Shown here: piece after piece, positions 10,404 to 21,217 of the stretch
Numbering within the stretch: the first letter of the stretch is position 1
Layout of the letters: every line of letters starts with the position of its first letter
Assembly (NCBI GenBank): GCA_963727775.1
Contig: CAVSHB010000002.1
Span: 64,001 to 128,000, forward strand
Reading direction: 5' to 3'
Length of the DNA: 64,000 nt
DNA from: an uncultured Nitrospiraceae bacterium
GTDB taxonomy: Bacteria > Nitrospirota > Thermodesulfovibrionia > Thermodesulfovibrionales > SM23-35
The notes under the pieces: model-generated
What the model saw: the letters and a program-made list of their open reading frames with translations, nothing else
Database searches by the model: none
What the model was told of the DNA's origin: nothing
Program-made: the position numbers and the translations under genes

Positions 10404-12430
10404 TGAGCCTTCCCGGAATAGACAACCTTGTCTTCTTTTTTGTAAACAGAGACCTTCAGAACAGATTTTTTGATATCTTCATGCCCTTTATAACAGACAA
10501 ATCCTACCTGTTTTACATGCCTGTTTTGTTATGGTTCCTTTTGAAAGAGAGAAAGCACGCACTGACTGTCCTCGCACTCGCATTTGCTTCTCTCTTAATT
10601 TCTGACTGGGGGGCAAATATATTGAAGCACTTTTTTGAGCGCACGAGGCCATGTAATGCGCTTGAAGGGGTAAGAACTTTGGTAGGGTGCACAGGGTCAT
10701 TTTCCATGCCTTCAAACCATGCTGTAAATGCCTTTGCTTTTATTACCCCGTTCTGCAGTATGCTCACGGGCGGACTTCGATATGTCCTTATAGTTCTCGC
10801 AGTTCTTGTGGGCTTCTCGAGGGTTTATGTGGGCGTCCATTATCCATCCGATGTTATCGCAGGAGCACTGTTTGGGGTACTTTTGGCTGCCGGGGTGATC
10901 AAAGGATATAAATGGTCATTGAAAAGATATGAAGTAAGGCCGCATACAACTCTGCTTTTTGTTTTTCTTCTGGCGATAAGTTTCTTCCGGATATACTTCA
11001 TTCTGAATAGTCCGTTCGATTTAAGTCCTGATGAAGCTCACTATTGGGAGTGGTCACGCAGGCTGGATCTCAGTTACTACTCGAAAGGTCCGATGATAGC
11101 GTATCTGATCCGTTTAGGAACATTTTTTTTCGGTGACACCGTTTTTGGTGTACGTTTTATGGCTGTTATGTCCTCTTTGCTTGGCAGCGTTTTCCTTTAT
11201 ATTTTCGGTAAAGGGCTCTATGATGAACAGGTCGGATTGTCTTCAGCAATAATTATGCAGATAATCCCTTTGTTTTCAGTGTTCGGTGTGCTGTTTACTA
11301 TCGATTCTCCGTTTATTTTCTTCTGGATTTTGTCTCTGTTTTTTTTCTGGAAATCCATCAACAGTCAATCTCAAATCGCAAACCGCAAGCCCCGGATATA
11401 TTGGCTTCTTCTCGGCCTGTCCATAGGACTCGGCCTTTTGACGAAATATACAATGGCCTTCTTTTATATCTGTGCATTTCTTTTTTTGGCGCTGTCGAAC
11501 GAATACAGGAAACTCCTGTCTACTAAAAATCCCTATATCGCTTTTTTAGTCAGCTTTCTGGTTTTTAGTCCGGTCTTACTCTGGAATGCGGACCACGACT
11601 GGGTCACGTTCAGGCATACAGCCGGACAGGCGCATATTGCAGACGGTATCCAGATATCGTTTCAAAGTCTTTTTGAATTTTTAGGCTCGCAATTCGGCGT
11701 AATAACCCCTGTTTTATTGCTGCTTATGATCGTCTCTCTATGGAAACTGAGAAAAAAACCGGAAGGCTCTTTCTTATTCTGGTTTTCGGTTCCTGTGGTC
11801 GTTTTCTTTTCATTAAAGAGCATTCAGGGCAAGGTCCAGGCAAATTGGGCTTTGCCTGGATATATAACTGGAATCGTCGCTTTCTCTGCTTTTTACATGA
11901 AAAGATTCATCTCCAGCTCCGGCGGTAAGAAAATTCTCATAGCGTCAGCCGTTCTACTTTCGTTCATCGTAACTTCAGTAGCTCACTATCCCGCGATGCT
12001 CAACCTTCCTGTCAGTCTGGACCCCGCGACAAAACTTGAAGGATGGAAGGAGCTTGGCACAGAGGTTTCCGCTATATATAAGAAGATGTCTTCGGGCCAT
12101 CCCGTCTTTATTTTTTCCGACAGTTATCAAACAGCAAGCGAACTTGCTTTTTATGTGAAAGGTCATCCTTTTACCTATTGCGTTAATATAGACCGCAGGA
12201 TGAACCAGTATGACCTCTGGCCGGGGTTCAACAGTTTATCCCATTACGATGCGATTTTTGTCATGACAGATGATGCCGAGGTACCTGAAAAAGTTGCTTC
12301 TGCTTTTGAAAAGATTGAGAAAAAGGTTTTTACTGCTTATACTAAAAAACATGTTAAGCTTAAAGACTATTCTATGTTTATGTGTTATGATTTCAAAGGA
12401 TTAAAGCAAGATAAAACGGAGACTTATTAA
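10403..12430 (+). CDS. PAP2 phosphatase fused to ArnT/PMT-like (GT-C) lipid-linked glycosyltransferase
   Basis: PAP2 motifs KxxxxRxRP, PSNH, SRVYVGVHYPSD; then DEAHYWEWS...YYSKGP and multiple TM helices. Confidence 0.85.
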   Translation: MSLPGIDNLVFFFVNRDLQNRFFDIFMPFITDKSYLFYMPVLLWFLLKERKHALTVLALAFASLLISDWGANILKHFFERTRPCNALEGVRTLVGCTGSFSMPSNHAVNAFAFITPFCSMLTGGLRYVLIVLAVLVGFSRVYVGVHYPSDVIAGALFGVLLAAGVIKGYKWSLKRYEVRPHTTLLFVFLLAISFFRIYFILNSPFDLSPDEAHYWEWSRRLDLSYYSKGPMIAYLIRLGTFFFGDTVFGVRFMAVMSSLLGSVFLYIFGKGLYDEQVGLSSAIIMQIIPLFSVFGVLFTIDSPFIFFWILSLFFFWKSINSQSQIANRKPRIYWLLLGLSIGLGLLTKYTMAFFYICAFLFLALSNEYRKLLSTKNPYIAFLVSFLVFSPVLLWNADHDWVTFRHTAGQAHIADGIQISFQSLFEFLGSQFGVITPVLLLLMIVSLWKLRKKPEGSFLFWFSVPVVVFFSLKSIQGKVQANWALPGYITGIVAFSAFYMKRFISSSGGKKILIASAVLLSFIVTSVAHYPAMLNLPVSLDPATKLEGWKELGTEVSAIYKKMSSGHPVFIFSDSYQTASELAFYVKGHPFTYCVNIDRRMNQYDLWPGFNSLSHYDAIFVMTDDAEVPEKVASAFEKIEKKVFTAYTKKHVKLKDYSMFMCYDFKGLKQDKTETY

Positions 12431-13377
12431 TGACACTCTCGGTAGTCATCCCGCTTTACAACGAAGAAGAAAATGTTCATCTGCTTTACGAAAAATTAAG
12501 GGAAGCTCTCGACCCCCTGAAGCAGGAATATGAAATCCTTTTTGTTGACGATGGGAGTACTGACGGAACGCTTTCAGTACTCGATGTGATCCAGGCAAAG
12601 GATAATCGTATAGTCGTGGTGAGCCTGAGACGAAATTTCGGACAGACGGCGGCATTTGCAGCCGGATTCGATTTTGCGCGGGGAGATGTTATAGTAACAA
12701 TGGACGGTGACTTGCAGAACGACCCTGCCGACATCCCTAAACTTCTCGAACGTATCAAAGACTATGATCTTGTGAGCGGCTGGAGAAAAGAGAGGAAAGA
12801 CCCCTTTTTCACAAGAAGGCTTCCTTCCATAATGGCAAACTGGCTGATAAGTAATGTTACAGGGGTAAAGCTTCATGATTATGGATGTTCCCTGAAGGCA
12901 TACAGGCGAGATGTGATTGAGAATCTTAAGCTTTATGGCGAGATGCACCGGTTCATTCCGGCTGTAGCGAGCTGGTACGGTGTCCGTATAGCGGAAGTTG
13001 AAACCGTTCATCATCCGAGGACGCACGGGAAATCAAAGTACGGAATATCACGTACGGTAAAGGTCGTTCTGGATTTGATTACCGTGAAATTTCTACAGAG
13101 TTTTTCCACAAGGCCTATTCAATTCTTCGGACCTGTGGGTGTTTTGAGCGGCTTGCTCGGTTTTCTTATTCTCCTTTCCCTGAGCATGGACAAACTGGTT
13201 AAGGGGCGTGATATAGGGGGCAGACCTCTCCTTTTGCTCGGCGCCCTTTTAGTGATCGTCGGTATTCAGCTTATCGGTATGGGGCTTTTAGGGGAAATGC
13301 TTGTTAGGGTTTACCACGAAAGCCAGAAAAAACCTATCTATGTGATTAAGAAGATCCTTGGCCCTGAAAGTAAATAA
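12430..13377 (+). CDS. GT2 polyprenyl-phosphate sugar synthase (ArnC/GtrB-like)
   Basis: VDDGSTD, RRNFGQTAA, DGDLQNDP, two C-terminal TMs. Confidence 0.9.
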   Translation: MTLSVVIPLYNEEENVHLLYEKLREALDPLKQEYEILFVDDGSTDGTLSVLDVIQAKDNRIVVVSLRRNFGQTAAFAAGFDFARGDVIVTMDGDLQNDPADIPKLLERIKDYDLVSGWRKERKDPFFTRRLPSIMANWLISNVTGVKLHDYGCSLKAYRRDVIENLKLYGEMHRFIPAVASWYGVRIAEVETVHHPRTHGKSKYGISRTVKVVLDLITVKFLQSFSTRPIQFFGPVGVLSGLLGFLILLSLSMDKLVKGRDIGGRPLLLLGALLVIVGIQLIGMGLLGEMLVRVYHESQKKPIYVIKKILGPESK

Positions 13378-14290
13378 AATATTTTTTACCATTATAAAGC
13401 TCGCCGTAAGCTCGTTCCTGCTTTATATTGTTCTTTCGAAAACAGGGCTTGAGAAAGTCTTCGAGATATTGAAAAAAATGAGTCTCCCCGCTTTTTTCGC
13501 CGCCATATTACTTAATATATTTGCCCAGTTAATATCTACTTTTAGGTGGAGGTTTCTCCTGCCGGCGGGAATCGGAATACGAAAGCTCTTTTCCCTTTAT
13601 ATGATAGGAGCTTTTTTTAATAACTTTATGCCGGGAGTTATAGGTGGAGACGCCGTTAAGGGATATTATCTTTACCAGGCAACCGGAAAAGGCGGCCTAA
13701 GCCTGGCTTCTATTTTCATGGATAGATATATAGGCTTTGTGGGGTTGCTTGCGATATGTACCGCTGCCTTTCCTTTTGGCTTTAAATATATGCAGGGTTC
13801 ACGTGTGGAATGGTTGCTGCCTTTGGTCGTTTTGTCTTTTATCGTCGCAAGTCTTTTAATTTTTGGGCTACGGCTCGGTAAAAGATTAAGGACGCTTTCC
13901 GAGTTTTACAACTATTTTCATGCATACAGAAACCAGAAAGAGGTCATCGGAAAGGCATTCCTGCTGTCGGTGTTGATACAGGTATCAGCCGTTGTTGCCG
14001 TATATCTGTTGTCGCTGGGAATCGGGCAACATGTTCCGATCCTTGCGTGCCTCATTTTCCTGCCCCTCATCGTACTTTTTACAACAATTCCCCTCTCTAT
14101 TTCCGGTCTTGGAATCAGGGAAAGCGGTTTCGTGCTTTTTTTTGGACTTGTCGGCATAAAACCCGAGGCTGCAACAGCAATCTCCTTAGCGTGGTTTATC
14201 GCTACTTCCATCGGTAGTCTTATCGGGTTGTTCGAATATATCAAATACAAGAAAGAAAGCATTTCTATTGAGATAAAAAGTACGGATTAG
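13358..14290 (+). CDS. Lysylphosphatidylglycerol synthase TM-domain / flippase-like membrane protein (UPF0104)
   Basis: RW, FFNNFMPGVIGGD, DRYIG, PLSISGLGIRE. Confidence 0.85.
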   Translation: MALKVNKIFFTIIKLAVSSFLLYIVLSKTGLEKVFEILKKMSLPAFFAAILLNIFAQLISTFRWRFLLPAGIGIRKLFSLYMIGAFFNNFMPGVIGGDAVKGYYLYQATGKGGLSLASIFMDRYIGFVGLLAICTAAFPFGFKYMQGSRVEWLLPLVVLSFIVASLLIFGLRLGKRLRTLSEFYNYFHAYRNQKEVIGKAFLLSVLIQVSAVVAVYLLSLGIGQHVPILACLIFLPLIVLFTTIPLSISGLGIRESGFVLFFGLVGIKPEAATAISLAWFIATSIGSLIGLFEYIKYKKESISIEIKSTD

Positions 14291-14300
14291 GAGGTGGAAA

Positions 14301-14795
14301 ATGAATATTTATCTTGTTCAGCACGCAGATGCAAAATCGGAAAAAGAAGACCCTTCGCGACCGTTGTCTGAAAAGGGCCTGCAGGATATAAAGAGGATTG
14401 CTTCATATGTTGCGACACTGAATATAGCGGTCCATAAAATATTCCACAGCACTAAATTAAGGGCAAGGCAGACGGCGGAGGTACTGTCAGAAAACCTGAA
14501 ACCAAAGGGTAGTATATCAGAGGCAGACGGACTCTTTCCTCTGGATGACCCGAATATTTGGGCTGAACGACTCCGAAACATAAATGAAGACAGCGTTATA
14601 ATAGGCCATCTCCCCCATCTTGGGAAACTGGCTTCTCTGTTGCTGTGCGGGGACGTTAATAAGAATATCGTGTCTTTCAGGATGGCCGGAATCGTCTGCC
14701 TTAAGAGGAATGAGTCCGGTGCATGGTCTCTGGAATGGTTATTAATCCCGGAGCTAATTGAAGAAAAAAATGTCGGTCCCTGTGACGGATTGTAA
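14301..14795 (+). CDS. sixA: Phosphohistidine phosphatase SixA
   Basis: YLVQHADA, RPLS, RARQTA, IGHLPHL. Confidence 0.88.
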   Translation: MNIYLVQHADAKSEKEDPSRPLSEKGLQDIKRIASYVATLNIAVHKIFHSTKLRARQTAEVLSENLKPKGSISEADGLFPLDDPNIWAERLRNINEDSVIIGHLPHLGKLASLLLCGDVNKNIVSFRMAGIVCLKRNESGAWSLEWLLIPELIEEKNVGPCDGL

Positions 14796-14840
14796 GGATT
14801 GCGATAAATAATTTTATAGCCTTTGGGGTAGGAGGGAAAA

Positions 14841-16223
14841 ATGAGGCTTACTTTTCTTGGAGGAGTGAGGACTGTCACAGGCTCCTGTTTTTACATTGAA
14901 TGTAATAATCTGAAGTTTCTCATTGATGCAGGCTTGTATCAGGGTGAAGGAGATGATGAGATAAACAGAAATGCCTTCGCTTTCCAGCCTGAAAAGATTG
15001 ATTACATCTTTATAACCCATGCTCATCTGGACCACTCGGGAATGCTGCCGAGGGTTGTTAAGGAAGGGTTTAAGGGAAAGATCATAACAACATCCGCAAC
15101 CAGAGACCTCCTTGAGCCGATGCTGTATGACTCTGCGCATATACAGGAGAGTGATGCTGAGTGGTTTAACAAAAAGGCTGTCAGGGCCGGAAAACCTCCG
15201 GTCATTCCTTTGTACACTATAGAGGATGTTGAGGACGTAATCCCTCTCTTTGATACAAAACCTTACGGTGAGTTGATCCATCTCGGCAATGGAGTCAAAT
15301 ACAGGTTTCTTGACGCGGGGCACATACTCGGTTCAGGCACACTCGAATTATGGTTTCAGGACAGTGAAGAGGAAAAGAAAATCGTATTTTCAGGCGATAT
15401 AGGGAAGAAAGATAATCCTATAATCAAAGACCCCTTAGCGCCTGTTGAAGCTGATTTTATCGTGATGGAGTCAACTTATGGAAACAGGACACACAAACCG
15501 CTGACACAAAGTATAGATGAATTAGTCGATGCCGTAAAAGCTACTTTTAAAAAAGGAGGGAATGTCTTTATCCCGTCATTTGCCGTCGGAAGGACCCAGG
15601 ACATGCTTTATATATTGAATAATCTTGCGAGAGAGAAAAGGCTTTACAATATAAATGTTTATCTTGACAGCCCATTGGCAGAAGAGGTAACCAGGGTATA
15701 TCTTGCGCATCCTGAGTGCTATGATGACGAGGCAAAGGTCCTTTTTTCACAGAGAGATTTTGATGACTCAATAAAATTGCATTTTGTGCAGAGCGTCGAG
15801 GACTCAAGGGCATTAAACAGAATAAAATCAGGCATCATTGTAATTGCGGGGAGCGGCATGTGCGACGGGGGGAGAATACGCCATCACCTTAAACATAATT
15901 TATGGAGACCTGAGTGCAGCGTTGTATTTGTTGGATTTCAGGGACGGGGCACGCTGGGTAGAAAGATTGTTGATGGCGCGAAGTCTGTTCATATACTCGG
16001 AGATGAGATAGCGGTCAAAGCATCTGTTTACACAATAAACGGTTTTTCCGCACATGCAGACCAGGCAGAACTCATCGGTTGGCTAGCGTGCTTTAAAGAT
16101 TTACCCGAGGTATTCATAGTGCATGGCGAAGAAGATGTCGCCGTATATTTCGGCGAACTTGTGAAAGAGAAATTCGGTATCAGGACACATGTCCCTGAAA
16201 GGGGTAAAATTTTTGAGCTTTGA
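14841..16223 (+). CDS. Metallo-beta-lactamase / beta-CASP hydrolase (RNase-like)
   Basis: THAHLDHSG, AGHILGS, MESTYG, FSAHAD, VHGE. Confidence 0.92.
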   Translation: MRLTFLGGVRTVTGSCFYIECNNLKFLIDAGLYQGEGDDEINRNAFAFQPEKIDYIFITHAHLDHSGMLPRVVKEGFKGKIITTSATRDLLEPMLYDSAHIQESDAEWFNKKAVRAGKPPVIPLYTIEDVEDVIPLFDTKPYGELIHLGNGVKYRFLDAGHILGSGTLELWFQDSEEEKKIVFSGDIGKKDNPIIKDPLAPVEADFIVMESTYGNRTHKPLTQSIDELVDAVKATFKKGGNVFIPSFAVGRTQDMLYILNNLAREKRLYNINVYLDSPLAEEVTRVYLAHPECYDDEAKVLFSQRDFDDSIKLHFVQSVEDSRALNRIKSGIIVIAGSGMCDGGRIRHHLKHNLWRPECSVVFVGFQGRGTLGRKIVDGAKSVHILGDEIAVKASVYTINGFSAHADQAELIGWLACFKDLPEVFIVHGEEDVAVYFGELVKEKFGIRTHVPERGKIFEL

Positions 16224-16253
16224 TTTGGAAGCAAACCACCGGAGGCTTAATAA

Positions 16254-17780
16254 ATGATTGAGTCTACATTGTTAATATTAACGGTTTTGGTTTTGGTGTC
16301 AGTAATTATTTCTATTATATTATTGACTAAAACTTCGACCGCAAAAATTGAAGCGAAGTTCGATTCTTTTGAAAAAAATCAGGAACGGGTTGAGAAGACG
16401 TTAAAGGAAGAATTAGTTCAAAACAGGGAAGAGACATCTAAAAACTCCAAGCAGTTACGGGAAGAGACAATAATTTCTTTGAAATCGTTTAACGATTCAC
16501 TTCTTCAGACTATGTCAAATATTGCCAATCTGCAAAAAGATCAGCTTGATACCTTTTCAAAGCAGCTTAATATATTAACAGCTTCAAATGAAGAAAAGCT
16601 GTATAAAGTGACTCAAACTGTTGAAGAAAATGCTAAGAATAACAGGGCGGAATTGAGCAAGTCACTAAAGTCGTTTGAAGATAATTTTACTTCAAAGGTG
16701 AATGAGTTTAATGAGTTGCAAAAGCAAAAATTCGACGGTTTGACAAATAGACAAACGGAATTAATTCAGTCTACTGAGCTGAAACTTGAAAAAATGAGAG
16801 AAACAATCGAAGCTAAACTGAAATTGATCCAGGATGACACTAATGACAAGCTTGAAAAAATGAGAGCAACAGTAGATGAAAAACTCCACAAAACGCTTGA
16901 GGAAAGACTCAGTCAATCTTTCAAAATTGTCAGTGAGAGACTGGAATTAGTTCATAAAGGGTTAGGTGAAATGCAGACTTTGGCTGTCGGGGTAGGCGAT
17001 CTGAAAAAAGTGTTATCGAATGTGAAGACAAGAGGAGTACTTGGAGAAATACAATTGGGCAATATTCTAGAACAGCTTTTGACTCCTGAACAATATGCCA
17101 AAAATGTAGCTACAAAAAAAGGCAGCAGAGATAATGTGGAATTTGCCATTAAACTTCCTGGGAAAGATGATTCGGGAGAGCCCGTATATCTGCCCATAGA
17201 TTCCAAGTTCCCGATTGAAGACTACCATGTATTAATGAATGCTTATGAACATGGTGAAGCGATAACTATTGAGAATGCCGCTAAACTGTTTGAGAATAAG
17301 ATAAAGAGCTTTGCTAAAGATATAAGAGATAAATACATCGATCCTCCATATACAACAGATTTTGGAATCATGTTCTTGCCTGTTGAAGGCCTTTATGCTG
17401 AGGTAGTAAGAAGAACAAGTTTAATCGAAGTTTTACAGAGAGATTTTAAAATTATCATTACCGGCCCAACCACATTGGCGGCAATATTAAACAGCTTGCA
17501 AATGGGCTTTAAGACTCTTGCAATAGAAAAACGTTCAAGTGAGGTATGGAAGATATTGGGAGCTGTTAAAACGGAATTTGAAAGATTTGGCGGTGTCTTG
17601 AAAAAGGCCCGAGAAAAGATAGATCAGGCGGGCGCCGAAATTGATGATTTAGTCGGGACCAGAACAAGACAAATTCAGCGTAAACTAAAAAATGTTCAGG
17701 AATTGCCGATACAAGAATCCAAATTATATATATCGGATGGAGGGTCTGAAAATGAACATGAAGAGACGGAAGAAAAATAA
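16254..17780 (+). CDS. rmuC: DNA recombination protein RmuC
   Basis: N-terminal TM, long coiled coil, KTRGVLGE, PIDSKFP, MFLPVEGLYAE. Confidence 0.92.
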   Translation: MIESTLLILTVLVLVSVIISIILLTKTSTAKIEAKFDSFEKNQERVEKTLKEELVQNREETSKNSKQLREETIISLKSFNDSLLQTMSNIANLQKDQLDTFSKQLNILTASNEEKLYKVTQTVEENAKNNRAELSKSLKSFEDNFTSKVNEFNELQKQKFDGLTNRQTELIQSTELKLEKMRETIEAKLKLIQDDTNDKLEKMRATVDEKLHKTLEERLSQSFKIVSERLELVHKGLGEMQTLAVGVGDLKKVLSNVKTRGVLGEIQLGNILEQLLTPEQYAKNVATKKGSRDNVEFAIKLPGKDDSGEPVYLPIDSKFPIEDYHVLMNAYEHGEAITIENAAKLFENKIKSFAKDIRDKYIDPPYTTDFGIMFLPVEGLYAEVVRRTSLIEVLQRDFKIIITGPTTLAAILNSLQMGFKTLAIEKRSSEVWKILGAVKTEFERFGGVLKKAREKIDQAGAEIDDLVGTRTRQIQRKLKNVQELPIQESKLYISDGGSENEHEETEEK

Positions 17781-17890
17781 AACTTAAATATTTTCATAAT
17801 GTCCTGTAAAATAGCCATATTCGTTAGGAGGCATATTATTATTGCTTAGTTTTTAGGGTGGATTATATGGAAATTTAAAAAGGAGGGGTT

Positions 17891-18172
17891 ATGTCAGAGA
17901 AATTGAATTATGAGGAGTTTGTAAAAAAAGCAATTGTCAGTCTGAGGAAAGAGGGGTATAAAGGGATTCATTCCGTATATTCCGGGTTCAATAATGCGTT
18001 CAAGAAATACTTCGACGGAGAGAACCCGGTTGAAGCTACGAACAAACTCGCGATGGAAGGCAAGCTGGTAATAAGGCCCGTTAAGGGTGGTGTCATGCTT
18101 TATCTTCCTGAAGATGCGCCTATTGCAAGAGATGCGGCTGAAGATGCGCTAAAGAAGATGGGACTTGAGTGA
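17891..18172 (+). CDS. Conserved hypothetical protein
   Basis: Strong AGGAGG RBS; globular composition (KGIHSVYSGFN). Confidence 0.75.
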   Translation: MSEKLNYEEFVKKAIVSLRKEGYKGIHSVYSGFNNAFKKYFDGENPVEATNKLAMEGKLVIRPVKGGVMLYLPEDAPIARDAAEDALKKMGLE

Positions 18173-18304
18173 AGTCGGGGATTGCTGAGAAAGCATAAGA
18201 AATAAGAAATAAGAAGGGTGTTAGGTGCTTTCAGGTATGTACGGGTTTGCTCGGATGGATGATCAACTCTGATTACCGGAAGACCACGGACTAAGGGCGA
18301 GAAT

Positions 18305-18871
18305 CTATGATACCGGGGTCACTCCGATAGAGTTGATCCATTCGATAATTTCTCTCTTCATTTCCTTCGCATTATAGCCGTGCCACCGTTTTCTTTCTTT
18401 CGGATAATCAATAAGGACATCCTTGAATTTCCTGAAAGCCCCTTTCCCGCCCAGGGAAAGGGAAAGTTCTTCTTTAAACACGGGGTCTTCAATAGTATCA
18501 ATAAATGCAGCCATGGATTTATATGCAACTGACTTATTTCGTTCAGGGATACGTACAAATCGTTCAGCTTCGTCAAGAAAAATTTCCAGTGCAAGCTCTA
18601 TCTCGTCATGCATCCAATCAGGCAATTCGGGTTCTTCATCAAATTCTATATACTCTACATCGTCCCTTATCTCGTCGGAGTCACTGTCGTATAATCTCGC
18701 TTTGACCTCATCGAGGATTTCTTCTGAAAACGATATAACCTCGCCGGTCTCAAGGTCAAGAAAGTAGTCGAATGTCTCCCTCGAAATATCCTCCATGGCT
18801 TTTTGTATCTCAGCAAAACTTACCCTAAGGCTTTTCACAATGTGTGCATTATTCGGGTTAATTACCGGCAA
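18305..18871 (-). CDS. UPF0158 family protein
   Basis: YFLDLETGEV, GKGAFRKFKDVL...ERKRW. Confidence 0.85.
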   Translation of the reverse strand: MPVINPNNAHIVKSLRVSFAEIQKAMEDISRETFDYFLDLETGEVISFSEEILDEVKARLYDSDSDEIRDDVEYIEFDEEPELPDWMHDEIELALEIFLDEAERFVRIPERNKSVAYKSMAAFIDTIEDPVFKEELSLSLGGKGAFRKFKDVLIDYPKERKRWHGYNAKEMKREIIEWINSIGVTPVS

Positions 18872-19283
18872 ACATCCTCTTAAATTCTTCGTTCTTTGCG
18901 CACGCCCTTCTCCAACTGCATTTTTTACAATATATCGTCGCCCACTTGCCGAATACCTCTGGAATTCTGTCTTTTATGTCCAGCCAGTTAATGCTGTCAT
19001 GTTTTTTTATCCGCAGCAGTTTCAGCGCCAGACTGTCCATCTCTCTTATCTCAGCTTCGGCGACCTCATTGTAAAAGCATTCCTCATTTTTCAGATAAGG
19101 ACACATCCTGCAGACATCATCGGCCTCCGGGGAAACCTTAATCTTTGTTCCCGCCTTTGCTCTGTTTATCAGTTGAGAGAGATTTTCAATGAATTCAGAG
19201 GTGTATCCCTCGCCCTTAAAGAAATGGAGACAAATCAGATGATGGCCTCTAAACCTTATAGCCGGTTCTCGAACATTTTTCAT
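18858..19283 (-). CDS. DUF1284 family Cys-rich protein (start moved to ATG 19283, overlapping the queC stop)
   Basis: RGHHLIC...GY...[10 protein letters not shown]-terminal CxxCxWxxxC. Confidence 0.85.
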   Translation of the reverse strand: MKNVREPAIRFRGHHLICLHFFKGEGYTSEFIENLSQLINRAKAGTKIKVSPEADDVCRMCPYLKNEECFYNEVAEAEIREMDSLALKLLRIKKHDSINWLDIKDRIPEVFGKWATIYCKKCSWRRACAKNEEFKRMFAGN

Positions 19284-20077
19284 CGAAATAGCTTTAGTAA
19301 GGGATCTTTGGTCCCAGCCTCCTGAAAACCCTTTGCCCTGAATACACAGCTGTCGCACCTTCCGCAAGGAACAAGCGTGAGGGTTTGAATTTCGAATTTC
19401 GAGTTTTGGGTTTTATAACTTTGAACTTTCTCCGGCTGCGGGTCATAACAACTCCAAGTCAAAGAGTAATCGAGCCCGAGTTCGATACCCTTCCTGATTA
19501 TCTCTGATTTTTTCATCGTGACCAGCGGAGACCTTATGTTGAATCTTAGTTTGCCCTCGACTGACGCTTTTGTGGCGAGATTTGCCATGTCCTCGAAAGC
19601 TTTGAGATACTCGGGCCTGCAATCAGGATATCCACTGTAATCGATCGCATTTGCACCGATAAAAATATGTTCGGCGCCGAGAACCTCCGCCCATGCGAGG
19701 GCAAAGGAAAGGAATATCGTGTTTCGGGCAGGAACATAAGTGACTGGTATACTTGAAGAGACAACAGCTCCGCTGTTAGCCTTGCTGCCGGGGGGATGGA
19801 TGGGTGGGGTTCCTTCCTTTTTAGGGACTTCTATCTCTGATGTAAGAGCAGACCCGCCGATCTCTCTAAGGTCAAACTTTATGATAAGATGCTTTTGAAC
19901 TCCGAGGGATGACGCAACCTTTTTTGCAGAATTGAGTTCAATTCCATGCCTCTGGTTATAATCGAAACTGAGAGCATATAATTCATGTCCTTCAGATTTT
20001 GCAATCGCAAGGGCCGTAGAAGAATCAATCCCGCCGCTAAGAAGGACAACGGATTTAGTTTTGGTATCCTGTAACAT
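19280..20077 (-). CDS. queC: 7-cyano-7-deazaguanine synthase
   Basis: [33 protein letters not shown]...CGRCDSC. Confidence 0.96.
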   Translation of the reverse strand: MLQDTKTKSVVLLSGGIDSSTALAIAKSEGHELYALSFDYNQRHGIELNSAKKVASSLGVQKHLIIKFDLREIGGSALTSEIEVPKKEGTPPIHPPGSKANSGAVVSSSIPVTYVPARNTIFLSFALAWAEVLGAEHIFIGANAIDYSGYPDCRPEYLKAFEDMANLATKASVEGKLRFNIRSPLVTMKKSEIIRKGIELGLDYSLTWSCYDPQPEKVQSYKTQNSKFEIQTLTLVPCGRCDSCVFRAKGFQEAGTKDPLLKLFR

Positions 20078-20167
20078 AATTATTAATAATACACGATATG
20101 AGATTCACGATCTCAATAAGTTGTTGCCAGAGGTTTAGAAATTTATCTGAAGCCCGCGCTTTGACCT

Positions 20168-21217
20168 TCAATGAATATCGTCTGCCGTACCTTTTATTCC
20201 GTCAGCTCCAGCGCTGACAACAACAAAAGAATAGTTATTATGTTCATAAATGTACGGTCTTCCCCACGGATCTAATTTTTTTGATATCAAGCCAAGCGAT
20301 TCAGGATATGAGCCGTGTTCAAACTTGTAGGCCTCTATTTTGAACCTCAGATCATCAATAGCTTCAGAAGCAGAGAATCTTTTAACCATATAACCGGAAG
20401 CAAATAAGAAAGATGAAAGAGAAAGCAGAAATGCAATTGCAACAGCCAAAAAAGGCAAGAAACGATAAGAAATCCCGGCTCTTTTTGCTTTTGGTACGGG
20501 TATTTCAGTAAGGACAGGCAGGACCTTTGTGGCCTCGATGAATCCTTTTTCTATCAATGAAACCAGAGTCTTTGAAACAGAAAAATCGTCTTTACCTGTT
20601 ATGTCTATTATGGTGCTGACATCATTCTCTCCATCAACCAGCGATAGAATATCTTCTTCATCTTCGGTCAGGTCTGTTATGTCTTCAGCCTTTTTTGTGA
20701 ATACAGTGTCGAGAGTTATCTTCCCTTCAATCAGTGCCCACTCATCGACTATTCTCAGCCCTTCCATAAGCAGATGTTGAGTATCTATCGTTATCGGGAC
20801 GTCCTTATCAACAGGGACAGCCTGGGGGGTGAATTCGTATGTCCCGCCCTTCCAGCCGAATATCTGGACCACTGTCTCTTTGATCTGCCCTATTATGATC
20901 TCTTCTATCTTCTCTTTTTTTACTACCCCTTTTCTTATAAGCAGATTGCCGAGTTTTACATTAGAGCTTCGCTGTTCTCCGAGAGCGGTTTGAAGGTCAT
21001 CTTCCATTAATATGCCTTTTTTGACCAACACTTTGCCGAGCCGGTTGGCTTCCATTCTCCTCTTTGATTCCGAACCGACAATGTTTCCATCAATGAACAG
21101 CAGCTTTACCTTATCCAACCTGCCTTCAAGAGTGAGCACGCCGGTCTTCCGCTGGAAGAAGATAAGCTGAAGTATATCGGCAAGTCCGAAATCTTTGAGC
21201 GATCCTTCTAAAGCCAA
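20168..21217 (-). CDS. DUF4388 protein with TM helix and C-terminal GspG-like pseudopilin domain (probable TTG start at 21217)
   Basis: LEGSLKDFGLADILQL, RLGKVLVKKG, LLMEGLRIVDEW; C-terminus DPWGRPYIY...SAGADGIKGTADDI. Confidence 0.8.
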   Translation of the reverse strand: MALEGSLKDFGLADILQLIFFQRKTGVLTLEGRLDKVKLLFIDGNIVGSESKRRMEANRLGKVLVKKGILMEDDLQTALGEQRSSNVKLGNLLIRKGVVKKEKIEEIIIGQIKETVVQIFGWKGGTYEFTPQAVPVDKDVPITIDTQHLLMEGLRIVDEWALIEGKITLDTVFTKKAEDITDLTEDEEDILSLVDGENDVSTIIDITGKDDFSVSKTLVSLIEKGFIEATKVLPVLTEIPVPKAKRAGISYRFLPFLAVAIAFLLSLSSFLFASGYMVKRFSASEAIDDLRFKIEAYKFEHGSYPESLGLISKKLDPWGRPYIYEHNNYSFVVVSAGADGIKGTADDIH

